Shown here piece after piece: positions 1 to 13,766 of a DNA stretch of 64,000 nucleotides (positions within the stretch are counted from its first letter, which is position 1; every line of letters starts with the position of its first letter). A model generated the notes under the pieces. The model did no database searches, was not told the DNA's origin, and saw only the letters and a list, made by a program, of their open reading frames with translations. The stretch is taken from the NCBI GenBank assembly GCA_963695095.1, contig CAVOFT010000001.1:928001-992000 (forward strand), written 5' to 3'. The position numbers and the translations under genes were made by a program. Source of the stretch: an uncultured bacterium. GTDB lineage: Bacteria > Krumholzibacteriota > Krumholzibacteriia > JACNKJ01.

Positions 1-59
1 CGGGCAGTGTACACGTGTACAAACCCGGCCTCGTGCTGGCAGATGCCGCCGCCAGCCCG

Positions 60-88
60 TTGACGCGGCTCCCCGCGCGCCCTAGGAT
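60..88 (+). promoter_or_regulatory. sigma70-type promoter for the nucleotide-sugar operon
   Basis: TTGACG (60-65), 17-bp spacer, TAGGAT (83-88), upstream of ATG 136. Confidence 0.6.
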
Positions 89-135
89 AGTCGGGCCCCG
101 CGCCCCGCGCGACTCCACGACACGATGAGGTTCCC

Positions 136-1114
136 ATGAAGATCCTGATCACCGGCATCACCGGCTTCGCCGGCAGCCACCTGGCCGACTACCTGCTCGC
201 CGCCGAGCCCAGGGCCGAGCTGGCCGGCATCTACCGCTGGCGCAGCCGGACCGAGAACATCGAGCACCTGCCGGCCAGCGTGAAGCTCATCGAGTGCGAC
301 GTGCGCGACGCCACCGCCACGCGCGAGGCGGTCGAGGCCTTGCGGCCCGACTACATCTTCCACCTCGCCGCGCAGAGCTTCGTGCCCTCGAGCTGGCGCG
401 CGCCCCAGGAGACCCTGAGCACCAACCTGCTCGGCCAGCTCAACATCTTCGAGGCCGTGCGCAAGTGCGGACTCGGATGCCGCATCCAGATCGCGGGCTC
501 CAGCGAGGAATACGGCCTCGTCCACCCGCACGAGCTGCCCATCACCGAGGAGCAACCCCTGCGCCCGCTCTCGCCCTACGCCGTGAGCAAGGTGGCCCAG
601 GACGCCCTCGCCTATCAGTACTTCATGAGCTACGGCATGCCGATCATCCGCACGCGCGGCTTCAACCACACCGGCCCCAGGCGGCCCTCGGTCTTCGTCT
701 GCAGCGACTTCGCGCGGCAGGTGGTGGAGATCCAGCTCGGCCTGCGCGCGCCCGAGATCCACGTGGGCAATCTCGAGGCCCGCCGCGACTTCACGCGACG
801 TGCGCGACACCGTGCGCGCCTACTGGCTGGCGCTCAGCCAGGGCGAGCCGGGCGAGGTCTACAACGTGGCCACGGGCGTGAGCTGGGCCATCGGCGAGGT
901 GCTGGACAAGCTCATCGCCCTGGCCGGCGTGAAGGTGAAGATCGTCCCCGACCCCGCGCGCCTGCGCCCCAGCGACGTGCCGCGCCTGGAGGGCGACGCC
1001 TCGCGCCTGAGGGCCGCCACCGGCTGGACGCCCGCGATCCCCTTCGAGACCACCCTCGGCGACCTGCTCGCCTACTGGCGGGAGCGCCTCGCGCCCGCCG
1101 GCCGCCGCGGGTGA
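136..1114 (+). CDS. GDP-mannose 4,6-dehydratase family extended SDR (frameshift near 796)
   Basis: GITGFAG Rossmann motif, HLAAQS, SSEEYG, YAVSK. The expected RRDFTDVRD is split by one extra base, and the C-terminus continues in ORF 800..1114. Confidence 0.85.
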
Positions 1115-1122
1115 GCCGGCCG

Positions 1123-2103
1123 ATGCGGACCCTCGTCACCGGCGCCAGCGGCTTCGTGGGCAGCCATCTCGTGCCCCGGCTCGTCGCCGCCGGCGACACT
1201 GTGCTCGGCCTCGGCCTGGATCCGCAGAACGGCGCCGGCTCGCCCCCGGGGGCGACCTGGGAGCGCCTGGATCTGCTGGACGCCCCGGGCCTGGCCGCCC
1301 GAGTGGCCGATTTCAAGCCGGAGCGGGTGGTCCACCTGGCCGGCCAAAGTGCGCAGGGAGCCGCGCTTGCCGATCCGGCTCCCAGCGTCCGCGCAAATGT
1401 CATGGGCACCTTACACTTGCTCGAGGCCCTGCGCCGAGGCGCGCCGGCGGCGACGCTGCTCGTGGTCTCCTCGGGCGAGGTCTACGGCAATCCGGGGCCG
1501 AGGCCGGTGGGGGAGGACGCTCCCATCGCCCCCGTGAACCCCTACGGCGCCAGCAAGGCCGCCGCGGAGATCCTGGTGGGCCAGGCCCGGCGGGCCTGGG
1601 GGGCGCAGGCGGTCATCGCGCGCAGCTTCCCCCACGCGGGGCCCGGCCAGCGGCCCGCCTTTGCCCTGCCCGCCTTCGCCCGCCAGATCGCCCGCATCGA
1701 GGCCGGGCTGCAGGAGCCCCGCCTCGAGGTGGGCAACCTGGAGGCCCGCCGCGATTTCCTTGACGTGGAGGACGTGGTAACGGCCTATCTCTTGCTGCTC
1801 GACCTGGATCCAGCGGCCGGGCGGGGCGCGGGCGGCGAGGTCTACAACGTCTGCTCGGGCGTTACCCACAGCATTCGCGAGGGGCTGGACGGGCTCGTCG
1901 CCCTGGCCAGGCTGCCCGGTGGCGGCCGCATCGCCGTGGAGACGAACCCGGCCCTGCTGCGCCCGGCCGACCAGCCGGTGCTCTGCGGCCGGCCCGACAA
2001 GCTGAGGGCGGCGACCGGCTGGTCGCCGCGCCACGACTTCCCATCGATGCTCGAGCGCGTGCTCGCGGACTGGCGCCGCCGCACGGCAGAGGAGACGGCG
2101 TGA
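1123..2103 (+). CDS. Second GDP-mannose dehydratase / GDP-4-keto-6-deoxymannose reductase (Rmd-like)
   Basis: GASGFVG, HLAGQS, SSGEVYG, YGASK and RRDFLDV motifs. Forms the 3' part of ORF 136..2103. Confidence 0.8.
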   Translation: MRTLVTGASGFVGSHLVPRLVAAGDTVLGLGLDPQNGAGSPPGATWERLDLLDAPGLAARVADFKPERVVHLAGQSAQGAALADPAPSVRANVMGTLHLLEALRRGAPAATLLVVSSGEVYGNPGPRPVGEDAPIAPVNPYGASKAAAEILVGQARRAWGAQAVIARSFPHAGPGQRPAFALPAFARQIARIEAGLQEPRLEVGNLEARRDFLDVEDVVTAYLLLLDLDPAAGRGAGGEVYNVCSGVTHSIREGLDGLVALARLPGGGRIAVETNPALLRPADQPVLCGRPDKLRAATGWSPRHDFPSMLERVLADWRRRTAEETA

Positions 2104-3429
2104 CGCACATCCTGATGATCGGCACCGGCTACGTGGGGCTCGTCTCGGGCGCCTGCATGGCGGACTTCGGCAACCACGTGGTCTGCTACGACATCGACCG
2201 GGCCAAGATCGGCACGCTCGAGCGCGGCGAGATCCCCTTCTACGAGCCGGGACTGGCCGAGCTGGTCCAGCGCAATCGCGACGCCGGCCGCCTGCGCTTC
2301 AGCACCGAGCTGGACGCGCGCCATCGCCGAGTGCCAGGTGATCGTCATCGCGGTCGGCACGCCCGAGCAGCCCGACGGCAGCGCGGACCTCAGCTTCGTC
2401 TTCGCCGTGGCCGAGTCGATCGGCCAGCGCCTGGACGGCTACAAGGTCATCGTCCAGAAGAGCACGGTGCCGGTGGGCACGAACCGCGTGCTGCGCGATC
2501 GCATCGCCGCCGCGGCCAGGCCCGGCGCCGACTTCGACATGGTGGCCAACCCCGAGTTCCTCCGCGAAGGCTCGGCGATCGGCGACTTCCTCCGCCCCAA
2601 CCGCGTCGTCATCGGGGCCGACAGCGAGCGGGCGCTCCGCCTGATGCGCGAGGTCTACCGGCCGCTCTTCCTGAACGAGACGCCGGTGCTCGCCACGGAC
2701 ATCGAGAGCGCCGAGATGATCAAGTACGCGGCCAACGCCTTCCTCGCCGCGAAGATCTCCTTCATCAACGAGGTGGCCGAGCTCTGCGAGCAGGTGGGCG
2801 CCGACGTGCAGGTGGTGGCCCGCGGCATGGGCCTGGACCAGCGCATCGGCTCCAAGTTCCTCCACGCGGGCGCCGGCTTCGGCGGCTCCTGCTTTCCCAA
2901 GGACACCAAGGCCCTGCTCACGATGGGCAAGCAGCACGGCGCGCCGATGGGCCTGGTGGCGGCCAGCATCGCGGCCAACGAACGGCAGCCGCTGCGCGCC
3001 GTGGCCAAGCTGGCGGCCCTGGCCGGCGGCGAGGCCAAGCTGAAGGGCATGCAGGTGGCCGTGCTCGGCCTCAGCTTCAAGCCGAACACGGACGACGTGC
3101 GCGAGGCCGCCGCGCTCAAGATCATCGCCCTGCTGCGGGAGAAGGGCGCCCGCGTGCGCGCCTTCGACCCGGTAGCCGGGCCGAACGCGCTGCGCGCCAT
3201 GCCGGATCTCGAGCTGGCGCCCGACACCTACGAGTGCCTGGCAGGCGCCGACGCGCTGGTCATTGCCACCGAGTGGAACGAGTTCCGCGTGCTGGACCTG
3301 GAGCGCGTGGCGGGCTTGCTGAGGAAGAAGCTCGTCGTGGACTGCCGCAACATCTTCACGCCGGCGCTGATGGCCGCGGCCGGCCTCGCCTATGCCAGCT
3401 TTGGCCGGCGGGGAGAGGCCGGCGCATGA
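2100..3429 (+). CDS. ugd: UDP-glucose/GDP-mannose 6-dehydrogenase (frameshift near 2318)
   Basis: [35 protein letters not shown] and [10 protein letters not shown] motifs across ORFs 2100.. and 2338..3429. Confidence 0.9.
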
Positions 3430-4515
3430 AGATCCTCGGCGTGGTGGGCGCCCGGCCCAACTTCATGAAGATGGCCCCCATCGTGCGGGCGCGCGGCGGG
3501 CAGCGGCCTCGCCCTGGAATTGTGCCACACGGGCCAGCACTACGACGACAACATGTCGAAGGTCTTCTTCGAGGACCTGGAGCTGCCGCGCCCGGACGTC
3601 TACCTCGGCGTGGGCAGCGGCTCGCACGCCGCGCAGACGGCGCTGATCATGAGCGGATTCGAGCAGGTCGTGCTGGAGCGCAAGCCGGACCTCGTGATGG
3701 TGGTGGGCGACGTCAACACCACGCTCGCCTGCAGCCTGGTCTGCGCGAAGCTGCTGATTCCCGTGGCCCACGTGGAGGCCGGCCTGCGCAGCTTCGACCG
3801 CGAGATGCCCGAAGAGATCAACCGCATGGTGACCGACATCCTCTCGGACTTGCTCTTCACCACCAGCGCCGAGGCCGAGCCGAACCTGCTGCGCGAGGGC
3901 GTGCCGGGCGAGAAGATCCACTTCGTCGGCAACGTGATGATCGACTCGCTGCACTTCTACCTGCGCAAGGCGGAGAGCAGCGACGTGCTGGATCGCCTGG
4001 GCCTCCCCGCCGGCGGCTACGGGCTGGTCACCCTGCACCGGCCCAGCAACGTGGACGACCCGGCGCAGCTGGCCGGCATCCTCGACGCCATGGGCGAAGC
4101 GGGGCGCGAGCTGCCGCTGCTGTGGCCCGTGCACCCGCGCACGGCCAAGATGCTCGAGGCCCACGGCATCGACCCGGCGGCCCATGGCCTGCGCCTGGTG
4201 GAGCCGCAGGGCTATCTCGACTTCCTGCGCCTGATGAAGGACACGCGCCTGGTGCTCACCGACAGCGGCGGCATCCAGGAGGAGACCACCGTGCTCGGCG
4301 TGCCCTGCCTCACCCTGCGCGAGAACACGGAGCGGCCGATCACCTGCGAGCTGGGGACGAACGTGCTGGTGGGCACGGATCCCGCGCGCATCCGGGCGGC
4401 GATCCGCGAGGCCCTGGACGGCAAGCGGCAGGCGCATCAGGTGCCGCCGCTCTGGGACGGCCACGCCGCCGAGCGCATCGTCGCCGTCACCAGGGACTGG
4501 CTGGCCGCGCGCTAG
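3426..4515 (+). CDS. wecB: UDP-N-acetylglucosamine 2-epimerase, non-hydrolysing (frameshift near 3490-3520)
   Basis: [47 protein letters not shown]. Confidence 0.9.
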
Positions 4516-4539
4516 GCGCTCACCGCCCATCGGCTTCAC

Positions 4540-4568
4540 TTGACCCGCCTGCGCCCGGCGGCTAGGAT
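4540..4568 (+). promoter_or_regulatory. sigma70-type promoter, probably giving a leaderless transcript
   Basis: TTGACC (4540-4545), 17 bp, TAGGAT (4563-4568). ATG 4575 follows 6 nt later with no Shine-Dalgarno. Confidence 0.6.
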
Positions 4569-4574
4569 CGCGGC

Positions 4575-5485
4575 ATGGATCACCTGCGCATCGGCATCAA
4601 CAACAGCCGCGTCTCGCGCTTCGCCGCCGAGCGCCTGCGCGCGCAACTCACCGCCGCCCATGAGGGCCTGGACATCGCGCTCGAGACCTTCGAGACCGAG
4701 CGGGGCCCCGCCCCGGCGACCCCGAGGCGCACATCCGCGCGCTCGAAGGCCCCCTGGCCAAGGGCAAGGTGGACGTGGTGGTGCACCTGCTCAAGGAGAT
4801 CCCGGTGCGCCTGCCCGAGCCCATCCGCCTGGTCGGCGTCACGGAGCGGCTTACCCCCTTCGACGCCTTCGTCTCCGAGCGCTACCAGCTCATCGACGAG
4901 CTGCCGGCCGGCGCCCGTGTGGGCTACACGCACGCGCGCCAGCGCGCGCAGCTGCTCATCCACCTGCGCGGGCAGGGGCTCGCCTTCGTGCGCGTGGCCG
5001 GCTCGGCCGAGAGCCGCCTGCAGCAGCTCGCCAGCCGGGAGCTGGACGGGCTTGTCATCAGCGCGGAGAGCCTGGAGCTGGTGGGCCGGCAGGACCGGGC
5101 GAGCGAGATCATCGGCGAAAGCGTCCTGCTGCCCGCGCCTGGCGCCGGCTGCCTGGGCTTCATCACCCGCCGCGAGGATCCCGAGATCGAGGACTTGCTG
5201 AGGCCCGTCGAGGACCGCACGAGCCGCCTGGAGACGATGGCCGAGCGGGCCTTCCTCGACCGTCTGGGCGGCGACCCGGAACTCGCCCTCGGCGCCCGCG
5301 CCGCGCTCGACTCGCAGTCGATGATCGTCGAGGGCATGCTCAGCAACGCCGACGGCAGCGTCTTCATCCGCGATGCGATCCAGGGCCCCGCGGCCCGCGC
5401 CGGCGAGCTGGGCGCCAAGCTCGCCGAGCTGCTGCTCGCCCTGGGCGACGAGGAACTGCACACGCTCGTCGCCGGCGCCTCCTAG
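4575..5485 (+). CDS. Hydroxymethylbilane synthase (HemC)-like protein with degenerate catalytic residues (frameshift near 4705-4740)
   Basis: HemC-like layout: LRIG.., VDVVVHLLKEIP, ELPAGARVG, LDGLVIS, LLPAPGAGCLG, AERAFLDRLGG. Confidence 0.75.
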
Positions 5486-5499
5486 CCGCGAGGTCATCC

Positions 5500-8114
<2,615 letters not shown>

Positions 8115-8157
8115 GCCCGCTGCCCGCGCCGCAGCCTCCGCACGCCAAAGGAGTCCC

Positions 8158-9726
8158 GTGCAGCAACCTCCTCGCCAGCGCATCCTCTGGGCAGATGACC
8201 AGATCGATCTGCTGAAACCCCACATCATCTTCCTGCAGGAGAAGGGCTACGTCGTCACCGGCGTGCCCAACGGCGACGATGCCCTGGCCCTGCTCGAGCA
8301 GGAGCAGTACGACCTCGTGCTGCTGGACGAGATGATGCCCGGCAAGAACGGCCTCGAGACGCTGGCGGAGCTGCGCCGCTTCCGCAGCGACATCCCCGTG
8401 ATCATGATCACCAAGAGCGAGGAGGAGGGCCTGATGAACCAGGCCCTCGGTCAGCAGGTGCAGGACTTCCTCGTCAAGCCGGTGAATCCGGTGCAGATCT
8501 TCTCGGCGATCAAGCGCATCTTCGAGGGCCGCCGCATCCAGGAGGGCCAGCTCACCCAGGACTACATCGCCGAGTACGGCCGCATCAGCGCCGAGAACAT
8601 GGATAACGCCCACTGGCAGCGCTGGCTGGAGGTGAACCGCTTCCTCGCCGACTGGGACCTGCGCCTGGATCGCTTTCCGGGTTCGGGCCTGGAGCAGACT
8701 CATCAAGACCTGCGCCGTGATCTCAACCTCGCCTTCGGCCGCTGGTTCGAGCAGCGCTATCCGACCTGGGTGCGCGAGGGGGCGGTGGATAGCCCGCTCT
8801 TCAGCCCGCAGCTGTTCAGCCGCCTGGTGGCGCCCTTCGTGGCCGACGGCCGCCAGGTCTTCTTCATCGTCATCGACTGCATGCGGCTGGATCAGTGGCT
8901 GGTGGTGGAGGAGATGCTGCGCGAGTTCTACACCATCCAGCGCGAGGACTACTACGCCATCCTGCCGACGGCCACGCCCTACGCGCGCAACGCGATCTTC
9001 GCCGGCCTCTTCCCGGACGACATCCAGCGCCGGCACCCGCGCTACTGGGTGGAGGACCCGCGCGAGGAGCTGAGCCTGAACCGCTTCGAGAAGGAGCTGC
9101 TGGCTGCCCAGTTGAAGCGCCTGGGGCTGAACGAACGCGGGCTCAAGTACGCGAAGATCTCGCGCATCAACGAGGCCAACGAGCTCTATCGCCAGATCGG
9201 CAGCTTCCAGGGCATTCCCGTCGTGGCCCTCGTCTTCAACTTCCTGGACATCCTGGCCCACGGCCGCTCGCAGTCGGAGATCCTGCAGGAGATCGCCCCC
9301 GACGAGTCCGCCTTCCGCACCCTGATGGGCTCCTGGTTCCGCCACTCGGCGCTCTACGACATCCTCAAGGTGCTGGCCCGCCAGGGCGCGGCGGTGGTGG
9401 TGACCAGCGACCACGGCTCGGTGCTCTGCCGCCGCTCGAGCCTGGTGCACGGCAACCGCGACACCAGCTCGGGGATCCGCTACAAGTACGGCGACAACCT
9501 GGGCTGCGACGAGAAACAGGCGCTCAAGATCATCAAGCCCGAAGCCTGGCGTCTGCCCGCCGCCAGCCGCACGAAGACCTACGTCGTCGCGCGGGAGAAC
9601 TACTACTTCGTCTACCCGACCAACTTCCACGAGTTCGAGCAGCGCTACCTGGGCAGCTTCCAGCACGGCGGCATCTCGCTGGAGGAGGTGATCGTCCCCT
9701 GCGCGGTCCTGGAGCCGAAGTCTTGA
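8158..9726 (+). CDS. porX: PorX-like response regulator (REC + PglZ/alkaline-phosphatase-superfamily domain)
   Basis: ILWADDQIDLLKPH..FL, LLDEMMPG, ITKSEEE, IDCMRLDQW, ILPTATPYARNAIF, TSDHG, FQHGGISLEE. Directly upstream of tsaE, as in Bacteroidota. Confidence 0.85.
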   Translation: MQQPPRQRILWADDQIDLLKPHIIFLQEKGYVVTGVPNGDDALALLEQEQYDLVLLDEMMPGKNGLETLAELRRFRSDIPVIMITKSEEEGLMNQALGQQVQDFLVKPVNPVQIFSAIKRIFEGRRIQEGQLTQDYIAEYGRISAENMDNAHWQRWLEVNRFLADWDLRLDRFPGSGLEQTHQDLRRDLNLAFGRWFEQRYPTWVREGAVDSPLFSPQLFSRLVAPFVADGRQVFFIVIDCMRLDQWLVVEEMLREFYTIQREDYYAILPTATPYARNAIFAGLFPDDIQRRHPRYWVEDPREELSLNRFEKELLAAQLKRLGLNERGLKYAKISRINEANELYRQIGSFQGIPVVALVFNFLDILAHGRSQSEILQEIAPDESAFRTLMGSWFRHSALYDILKVLARQGAAVVVTSDHGSVLCRRSSLVHGNRDTSSGIRYKYGDNLGCDEKQALKIIKPEAWRLPAASRTKTYVVARENYYFVYPTNFHEFEQRYLGSFQHGGISLEEVIVPCAVLEPKS

Positions 9727-10187
9727 CCCTGCGCGCCGACTCGCCGGCGACGACGGCGGCCGTCGCGGCCGCGCTGGCGGCGGGTGCGCGGCCGGGCGAC
9801 TGCCTCGCCCTGTCCGGCCCCCTCGGCGCCGGCAAGACCCTCTTCGTCGCCGCCTACTGCAGGGCCCTGGGGGTGGGGCCGGGCGAGGTGGACAGCCCGA
9901 GCTTCGTGCTCCTGAACGAGTACGCGGGCGGCCGGCTGCCGCTCTACCACTTCGATGCCTATCGCCTGGCGGGCGGGGAAGAGGAGCTGCTCGAGGCCGG
10001 CTTCTTCGACGAGCGGCTAGGCAACGGTGTGTGCATGATTGAATGGGGCGAGCGCCTGGCCGCCTTCCTGCCCGCCGGCGCCCTGCGCATCGCGATCGAG
10101 CCGCTCGGCGAGTGCGAGCGGCGGCTGAGCTTCGCCGGCTGGCCGGCCGCGCGGCTGGCAGCCCTCGCGCCCTGGCGGGAGGCGTGA
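9723..10187 (+). CDS. tsaE: tRNA threonylcarbamoyladenosine biosynthesis ATPase TsaE
   Basis: LSGPLGAGKT, VDSPSF, HFDAYRL, IEW. TTG start overlaps the porX stop. Confidence 0.9.
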   Translation: MTLRADSPATTAAVAAALAAGARPGDCLALSGPLGAGKTLFVAAYCRALGVGPGEVDSPSFVLLNEYAGGRLPLYHFDAYRLAGGEEELLEAGFFDERLGNGVCMIEWGERLAAFLPAGALRIAIEPLGECERRLSFAGWPAARLAALAPWREA

Positions 10188-11629
10188 GCCGGTCCGCGCG
10201 CCCCGCGGCCGCGGCGCTGCTGCTGGCGGCCCTGGCCCTGGCCACCTTCCTCGGCCGGCAGAGCGCCGGCGGCCTGCGCAGCTTCGACGACGCCTACTAT
10301 GCCCAGAAGGCCGTCGAGCAGCTCGCGGCCGGCGGCTCCTGGGTGAGCACGCAGGGCGGGCGCGCGCGCTACGACAACCCGCCCCTGCACTTCTGGGCGA
10401 CGGCGCTGGCCTATCGCGCCTTCGGCGTGTCGCGCTTCGCGGCCGTGCTGGCCACGGGCCTCTTCGCCACGGGCACGGTGCTGCTGACCTGGGCGCTCGG
10501 CAGGCGGCTCTTCGGCCGCGGCGGGCCGGCGCTGAGCGCCGGGCTCGTGCTCCTGCTGCCGGGCTTCTTCATGGACTATGCCCGCCGCGGCATGCTGGAC
10601 CAGACCCTGGTCTTCTTCTTCACGGCGGGCCTGGCTGCGCTCTGGCAGGCCGAGCTGGGCGAAGCCGGCCGCCGCCGCGCCCTCTGGCTGAGCGCCTTCG
10701 GCCTCGCCTTCGGCGGCGCGCTGCTGACGAAGAGCGTCATCGGCGGGCTGCTGCTGCCCGTGGCGCTCCTCTGGCTCCTCGCGGCCGGCCGGCGCCCCGC
10801 GCGCGGCTTCTGGCTCGCGAGCGGGCTCGGCCTCGGCCTCTTCGCGCTCTGGGTCTGGCGGAACGCGCTCCACGGCGGGCCGCGCTTCTGGGGCGAGCAC
10901 TTCGGCTGGCTCATCCTCGGCCGGGCGGCGAGCGACGCCGGCGAGTCCGGCCCCGGGTTCCTCCTCGGCTACCTCAAGCTGCTGGGCGGCAACTTCTGGC
11001 CCTGGCTCCCCTTCGCGCTCTACGGCCTGTGGCTGGCCTGGCGGGCCTGGCGCCGCGAGCAGAGCGCGGCCGGCGCGCTCCTGCTCGTCTGGCTGCTGCT
11101 GCCGCTGGCGCTGATGAGCCTCACGCGCAACCAGTTCCTGCGCTACCTGCTGAACGTGTGGCCAGCGCTGGCCCTGCTGGCGGCCTGGGGACTCACGCGC
11201 CTGCTCGAGCCGCGTGGCTGGCTGGGGCGGGTGAACGCGGGCCTCGCCGCGCTCGCGATCGCCACGGCCCTGGTGATCAACTTCACGGCCTTCGCTCCGC
11301 CGGGCGCCGTGGGGCTCGCGCCGCAGAGCGCGGATGTGCTGGCCCTGGCGCCGGCGATCCGCGCCGGCACGCCCCCGGGGGCGACCCTGCTCAACTTCCG
11401 CCTCGGCACCTGGGACCCGCGCAACGCCGTGCTCTTCCACGCCGAGCACTGGCTGGCGGACCCGATCGCGGATCCGCAGGCCTGCACGGATTCGCTGCTC
11501 TGCGAGCCGGGGCGCGGCCTACTGACCAGCGTGGCGGGCGCGGCCCTGCTCGACTCGGTCTCGCCGGGCCTGCTCATCGAGCGCGGGCGGGCGGGCAACC
11601 TGGTCTACGCGGTGGGGGCGGGCGACTAG
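10184..11629 (+). CDS. Glycosyltransferase family 39 / ArnT-like polytopic membrane protein
   Basis: FDDAYYA, YDNPPLHFW, many TM helices, LLTKS, PWLPF, RYLL motifs. Confidence 0.75.
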   Translation: MSRSARPAAAALLLAALALATFLGRQSAGGLRSFDDAYYAQKAVEQLAAGGSWVSTQGGRARYDNPPLHFWATALAYRAFGVSRFAAVLATGLFATGTVLLTWALGRRLFGRGGPALSAGLVLLLPGFFMDYARRGMLDQTLVFFFTAGLAALWQAELGEAGRRRALWLSAFGLAFGGALLTKSVIGGLLLPVALLWLLAAGRRPARGFWLASGLGLGLFALWVWRNALHGGPRFWGEHFGWLILGRAASDAGESGPGFLLGYLKLLGGNFWPWLPFALYGLWLAWRAWRREQSAAGALLLVWLLLPLALMSLTRNQFLRYLLNVWPALALLAAWGLTRLLEPRGWLGRVNAGLAALAIATALVINFTAFAPPGAVGLAPQSADVLALAPAIRAGTPPGATLLNFRLGTWDPRNAVLFHAEHWLADPIADPQACTDSLLCEPGRGLLTSVAGAALLDSVSPGLLIERGRAGNLVYAVGAGD

Positions 11630-11705
11630 CGGCGCAAAAGGGGGTCCCGGGGCGGGGCCCGGATGCGCTAGAGTAGTGCGAACCCGCTCGCGAGGCCCAG
11701 GGATC

Positions 11706-12395
11706 ATGATTCTCGCCATCGATGTCAGCGCCCGCTACGGGCTGCTCAGCCTGGAGCTGGCGGACGGTTGCCTGCTCACGCGCCTCGGCGAGGAGCCGCG
11801 CGAACAGCTCGCGTTCCTGGGCGCCGCCCTGGCCTCGCTGCGGGCCGAGGCGGGCGTGCCGTGGAGCGCGCTGGCGCGCGTGGCGGTCACCATCGGTCCG
11901 GGCAGCTTCACGGGCCTGCGCATGGGCCTGGCCGCGGCCAAGGGCCTGGTCTTCGGGCGGGAGGTGCCGCTCGCGCCGGTGTCCAGCCTGGCCCTGCCGC
12001 GCCTGGCCGCCGATCCGGCGCTGGCCGCGCCGCTGCTCGTGAGCCGCCGCGCCCGCGGCGAGGAGTACTGGCTGGCCGGCTTCGCGGCCGGTTCCTGGCA
12101 GCCGGCCGAAGAGCGCCTGGCGAGCCTCGCCGAGCTGGCGACCGCCCTGGCCAAGCCCGCCGCCGGCCGCCACCTGGGCGAGGGCCCGGGCGCCGAGCCC
12201 GAGCCCGGCCCCGCGGCCCAGCTCGCCGCCCTGGCCCGGCTCGCCCGCGAGGCGCCGGCCCTGCCCGCGGGCCCTGACCTGGATCGCCTGCTGCCGCGCT
12301 ACCTGCTCGCCCCCTCGGTGACCCCGCCCAGGGGCTCGGCGCCCGGCCCGGCGCCGGGGGCCGCGGCCGACCCGCCCCCGGGGGCGAGCCGATGA
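11706..12395 (+). CDS. tsaB: TsaB (t6A complex dimerisation subunit)
   Basis: MILAIDVS, VTIGPGSFTGLRMG..AKGL, VSSL. Confidence 0.85.
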   Translation: MILAIDVSARYGLLSLELADGCLLTRLGEEPREQLAFLGAALASLRAEAGVPWSALARVAVTIGPGSFTGLRMGLAAAKGLVFGREVPLAPVSSLALPRLAADPALAAPLLVSRRARGEEYWLAGFAAGSWQPAEERLASLAELATALAKPAAGRHLGEGPGAEPEPGPAAQLAALARLAREAPALPAGPDLDRLLPRYLLAPSVTPPRGSAPGPAPGAAADPPPGASR

Positions 12396-12913
12396 GAGTG
12401 CCCGCCCCCCGCCTGCCCCAGGGCTTTCGCAGCCGCTTCCGCGGCCACGAGCTGGTCGCCGAGCCCTTCCGGCCCGAGCATCTGTCGGCCGTGATGGCGC
12501 TCGAGGAGGCCTGCTTCCCCGCGCCCTGGAGCGAGGCCCTGCTGCGCGAGGAGGCCCAGCCGCGGCGCCACGCCTGGAACCTGGTGGTGCGGATCGACGG
12601 CGCCATCCGCGCCTTCCTCTTCAACTGGATCGTGGTGGACGAGCTGCACCTGCTCAACATCGCCGTGGACCCGCCCCTGCAGGGCCAGGGACTGGGCGGC
12701 CACCTGCTGGACTGGCTGCTGGCCGAGGGCGATCGCGCCGGGCTGCGCCTGATGAGCCTGGAAGTGCGGGCCGGCAACGCGCGCGCGCTCAGGCTCTACG
12801 AATCCCGGGGCTTCGTGCGCATCGCTCTGCGTCGGGGCTACTACACCGACAACGGCGAGGACGCCGTGGTGATGATCTGCCTACTCGGGGAGGCGAGCGC
12901 CGATGGCCGCTGA
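12392..12913 (+). CDS. rimI: Ribosomal-protein-alanine N-acetyltransferase
   Basis: LEEACFPAPWS, DELHLLNIAV, QGQGLG, LEVRAGN..A..LY...GF, RRGYYTDNGEDA. Confidence 0.9.
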   Translation: MRVPAPRLPQGFRSRFRGHELVAEPFRPEHLSAVMALEEACFPAPWSEALLREEAQPRRHAWNLVVRIDGAIRAFLFNWIVVDELHLLNIAVDPPLQGQGLGGHLLDWLLAEGDRAGLRLMSLEVRAGNARALRLYESRGFVRIALRRGYYTDNGEDAVVMICLLGEASADGR

Positions 12914-13766
12914 GTTCGCCTGGCCGGCCGACCTGCCCGCGCCGCTGGCGGCGGCGCTGGCGGAGCTGGCGCCGATCTGGTCCGCGCTGGAGCTGCCGGC
13001 CGGCACGCTGGGGGTGATCCTGGGCAGCGGATTGGGCCCGGCCGCGGACGGATTTCCCGCCCGCTGGAGCCGCGGCTTCGCCGAGCTGGGCCTGCCGGCA
13101 GCCTCCGTGGCGGGGCACGCCGGGCGCCTGATGCTGGCCGCGGGCCCGGGCGCGCCGCTGCTCTTCCTGTCGGGTCGCCTGCACCGCTACGAGGGGCTCG
13201 GCGACCTGCGCGTGCTGCTGCCGGCCGCGGCCATGGCCGCCCTCGGCCTGCGCGGGCTCCTGATCACCAATGCCGCCGGCGGGCTCGATCCCGCCTTCGC
13301 GCCGGGCGACTTCATGCTCATCGAGGACATCCTCAGCACGCAGCTCGCCGATCCCCTGCGCGGGCAGGCCCTGGGCGGCCTGCCCCGGCGCCCGCCGCGC
13401 CGGCCGCTCTTCGATCCTGCCCTCGCGGAAACGCTGGCTGGGGCCGCGACCGCGGCCGGCCTGCGCCTCCACCGCGGCGTGCTGAACTGCGCGCCGGGGC
13501 CGGCCTACGAGACCCGCGCCGAGCTGCGCATGGCCCGGCAGCTCGGCGCCCAGGCGGCCAGCATGTCCACCTTCCCCGAGAGCATGCTGCTGGCGCACTG
13601 GGGCCTGCCGACGGTGGCGCTGAGCTGCATCACCAACGCGATTCCGCCCGAGGGGGCCGAGGCGCCGCCCCTCACCCACGACGAGGTGGTCGAGGTGGGG
13701 CGGAGCGCGGCAGCGGGCTTCGGGCGCTTGCTGGCAGCGCTTTCGGCGGCGCTGGGACCCGGCTAG
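12903..13766 (+). CDS. Purine nucleoside phosphorylase (PNP-I/XapA type)
   Basis: ILGSGLG, VAGHAG, GRLHRYEG, TNAAGG, GPAYETRAE, MSTFPE. Confidence 0.9.
   Translation: MAAEFAWPADLPAPLAAALAELAPIWSALELPAGTLGVILGSGLGPAADGFPARWSRGFAELGLPAASVAGHAGRLMLAAGPGAPLLFLSGRLHRYEGLGDLRVLLPAAAMAALGLRGLLITNAAGGLDPAFAPGDFMLIEDILSTQLADPLRGQALGGLPRRPPRRPLFDPALAETLAGAATAAGLRLHRGVLNCAPGPAYETRAELRMARQLGAQAASMSTFPESMLLAHWGLPTVALSCITNAIPPEGAEAPPLTHDEVVEVGRSAAAGFGRLLAALSAALGPG

Noticed and set aside
136..2103. 655-aa double-SDR fusion in the ORF track
   Set aside because: Artefact of the frameshift near 796. The first gene ends at 1114 and the second starts at 1123 (or 1111).
8158..9726. BREX system suggested by the PglZ domain
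   Set aside because: The PglZ domain is fused to a receiver domain (PorX architecture), and no brxC, pglX or brxL is nearby.
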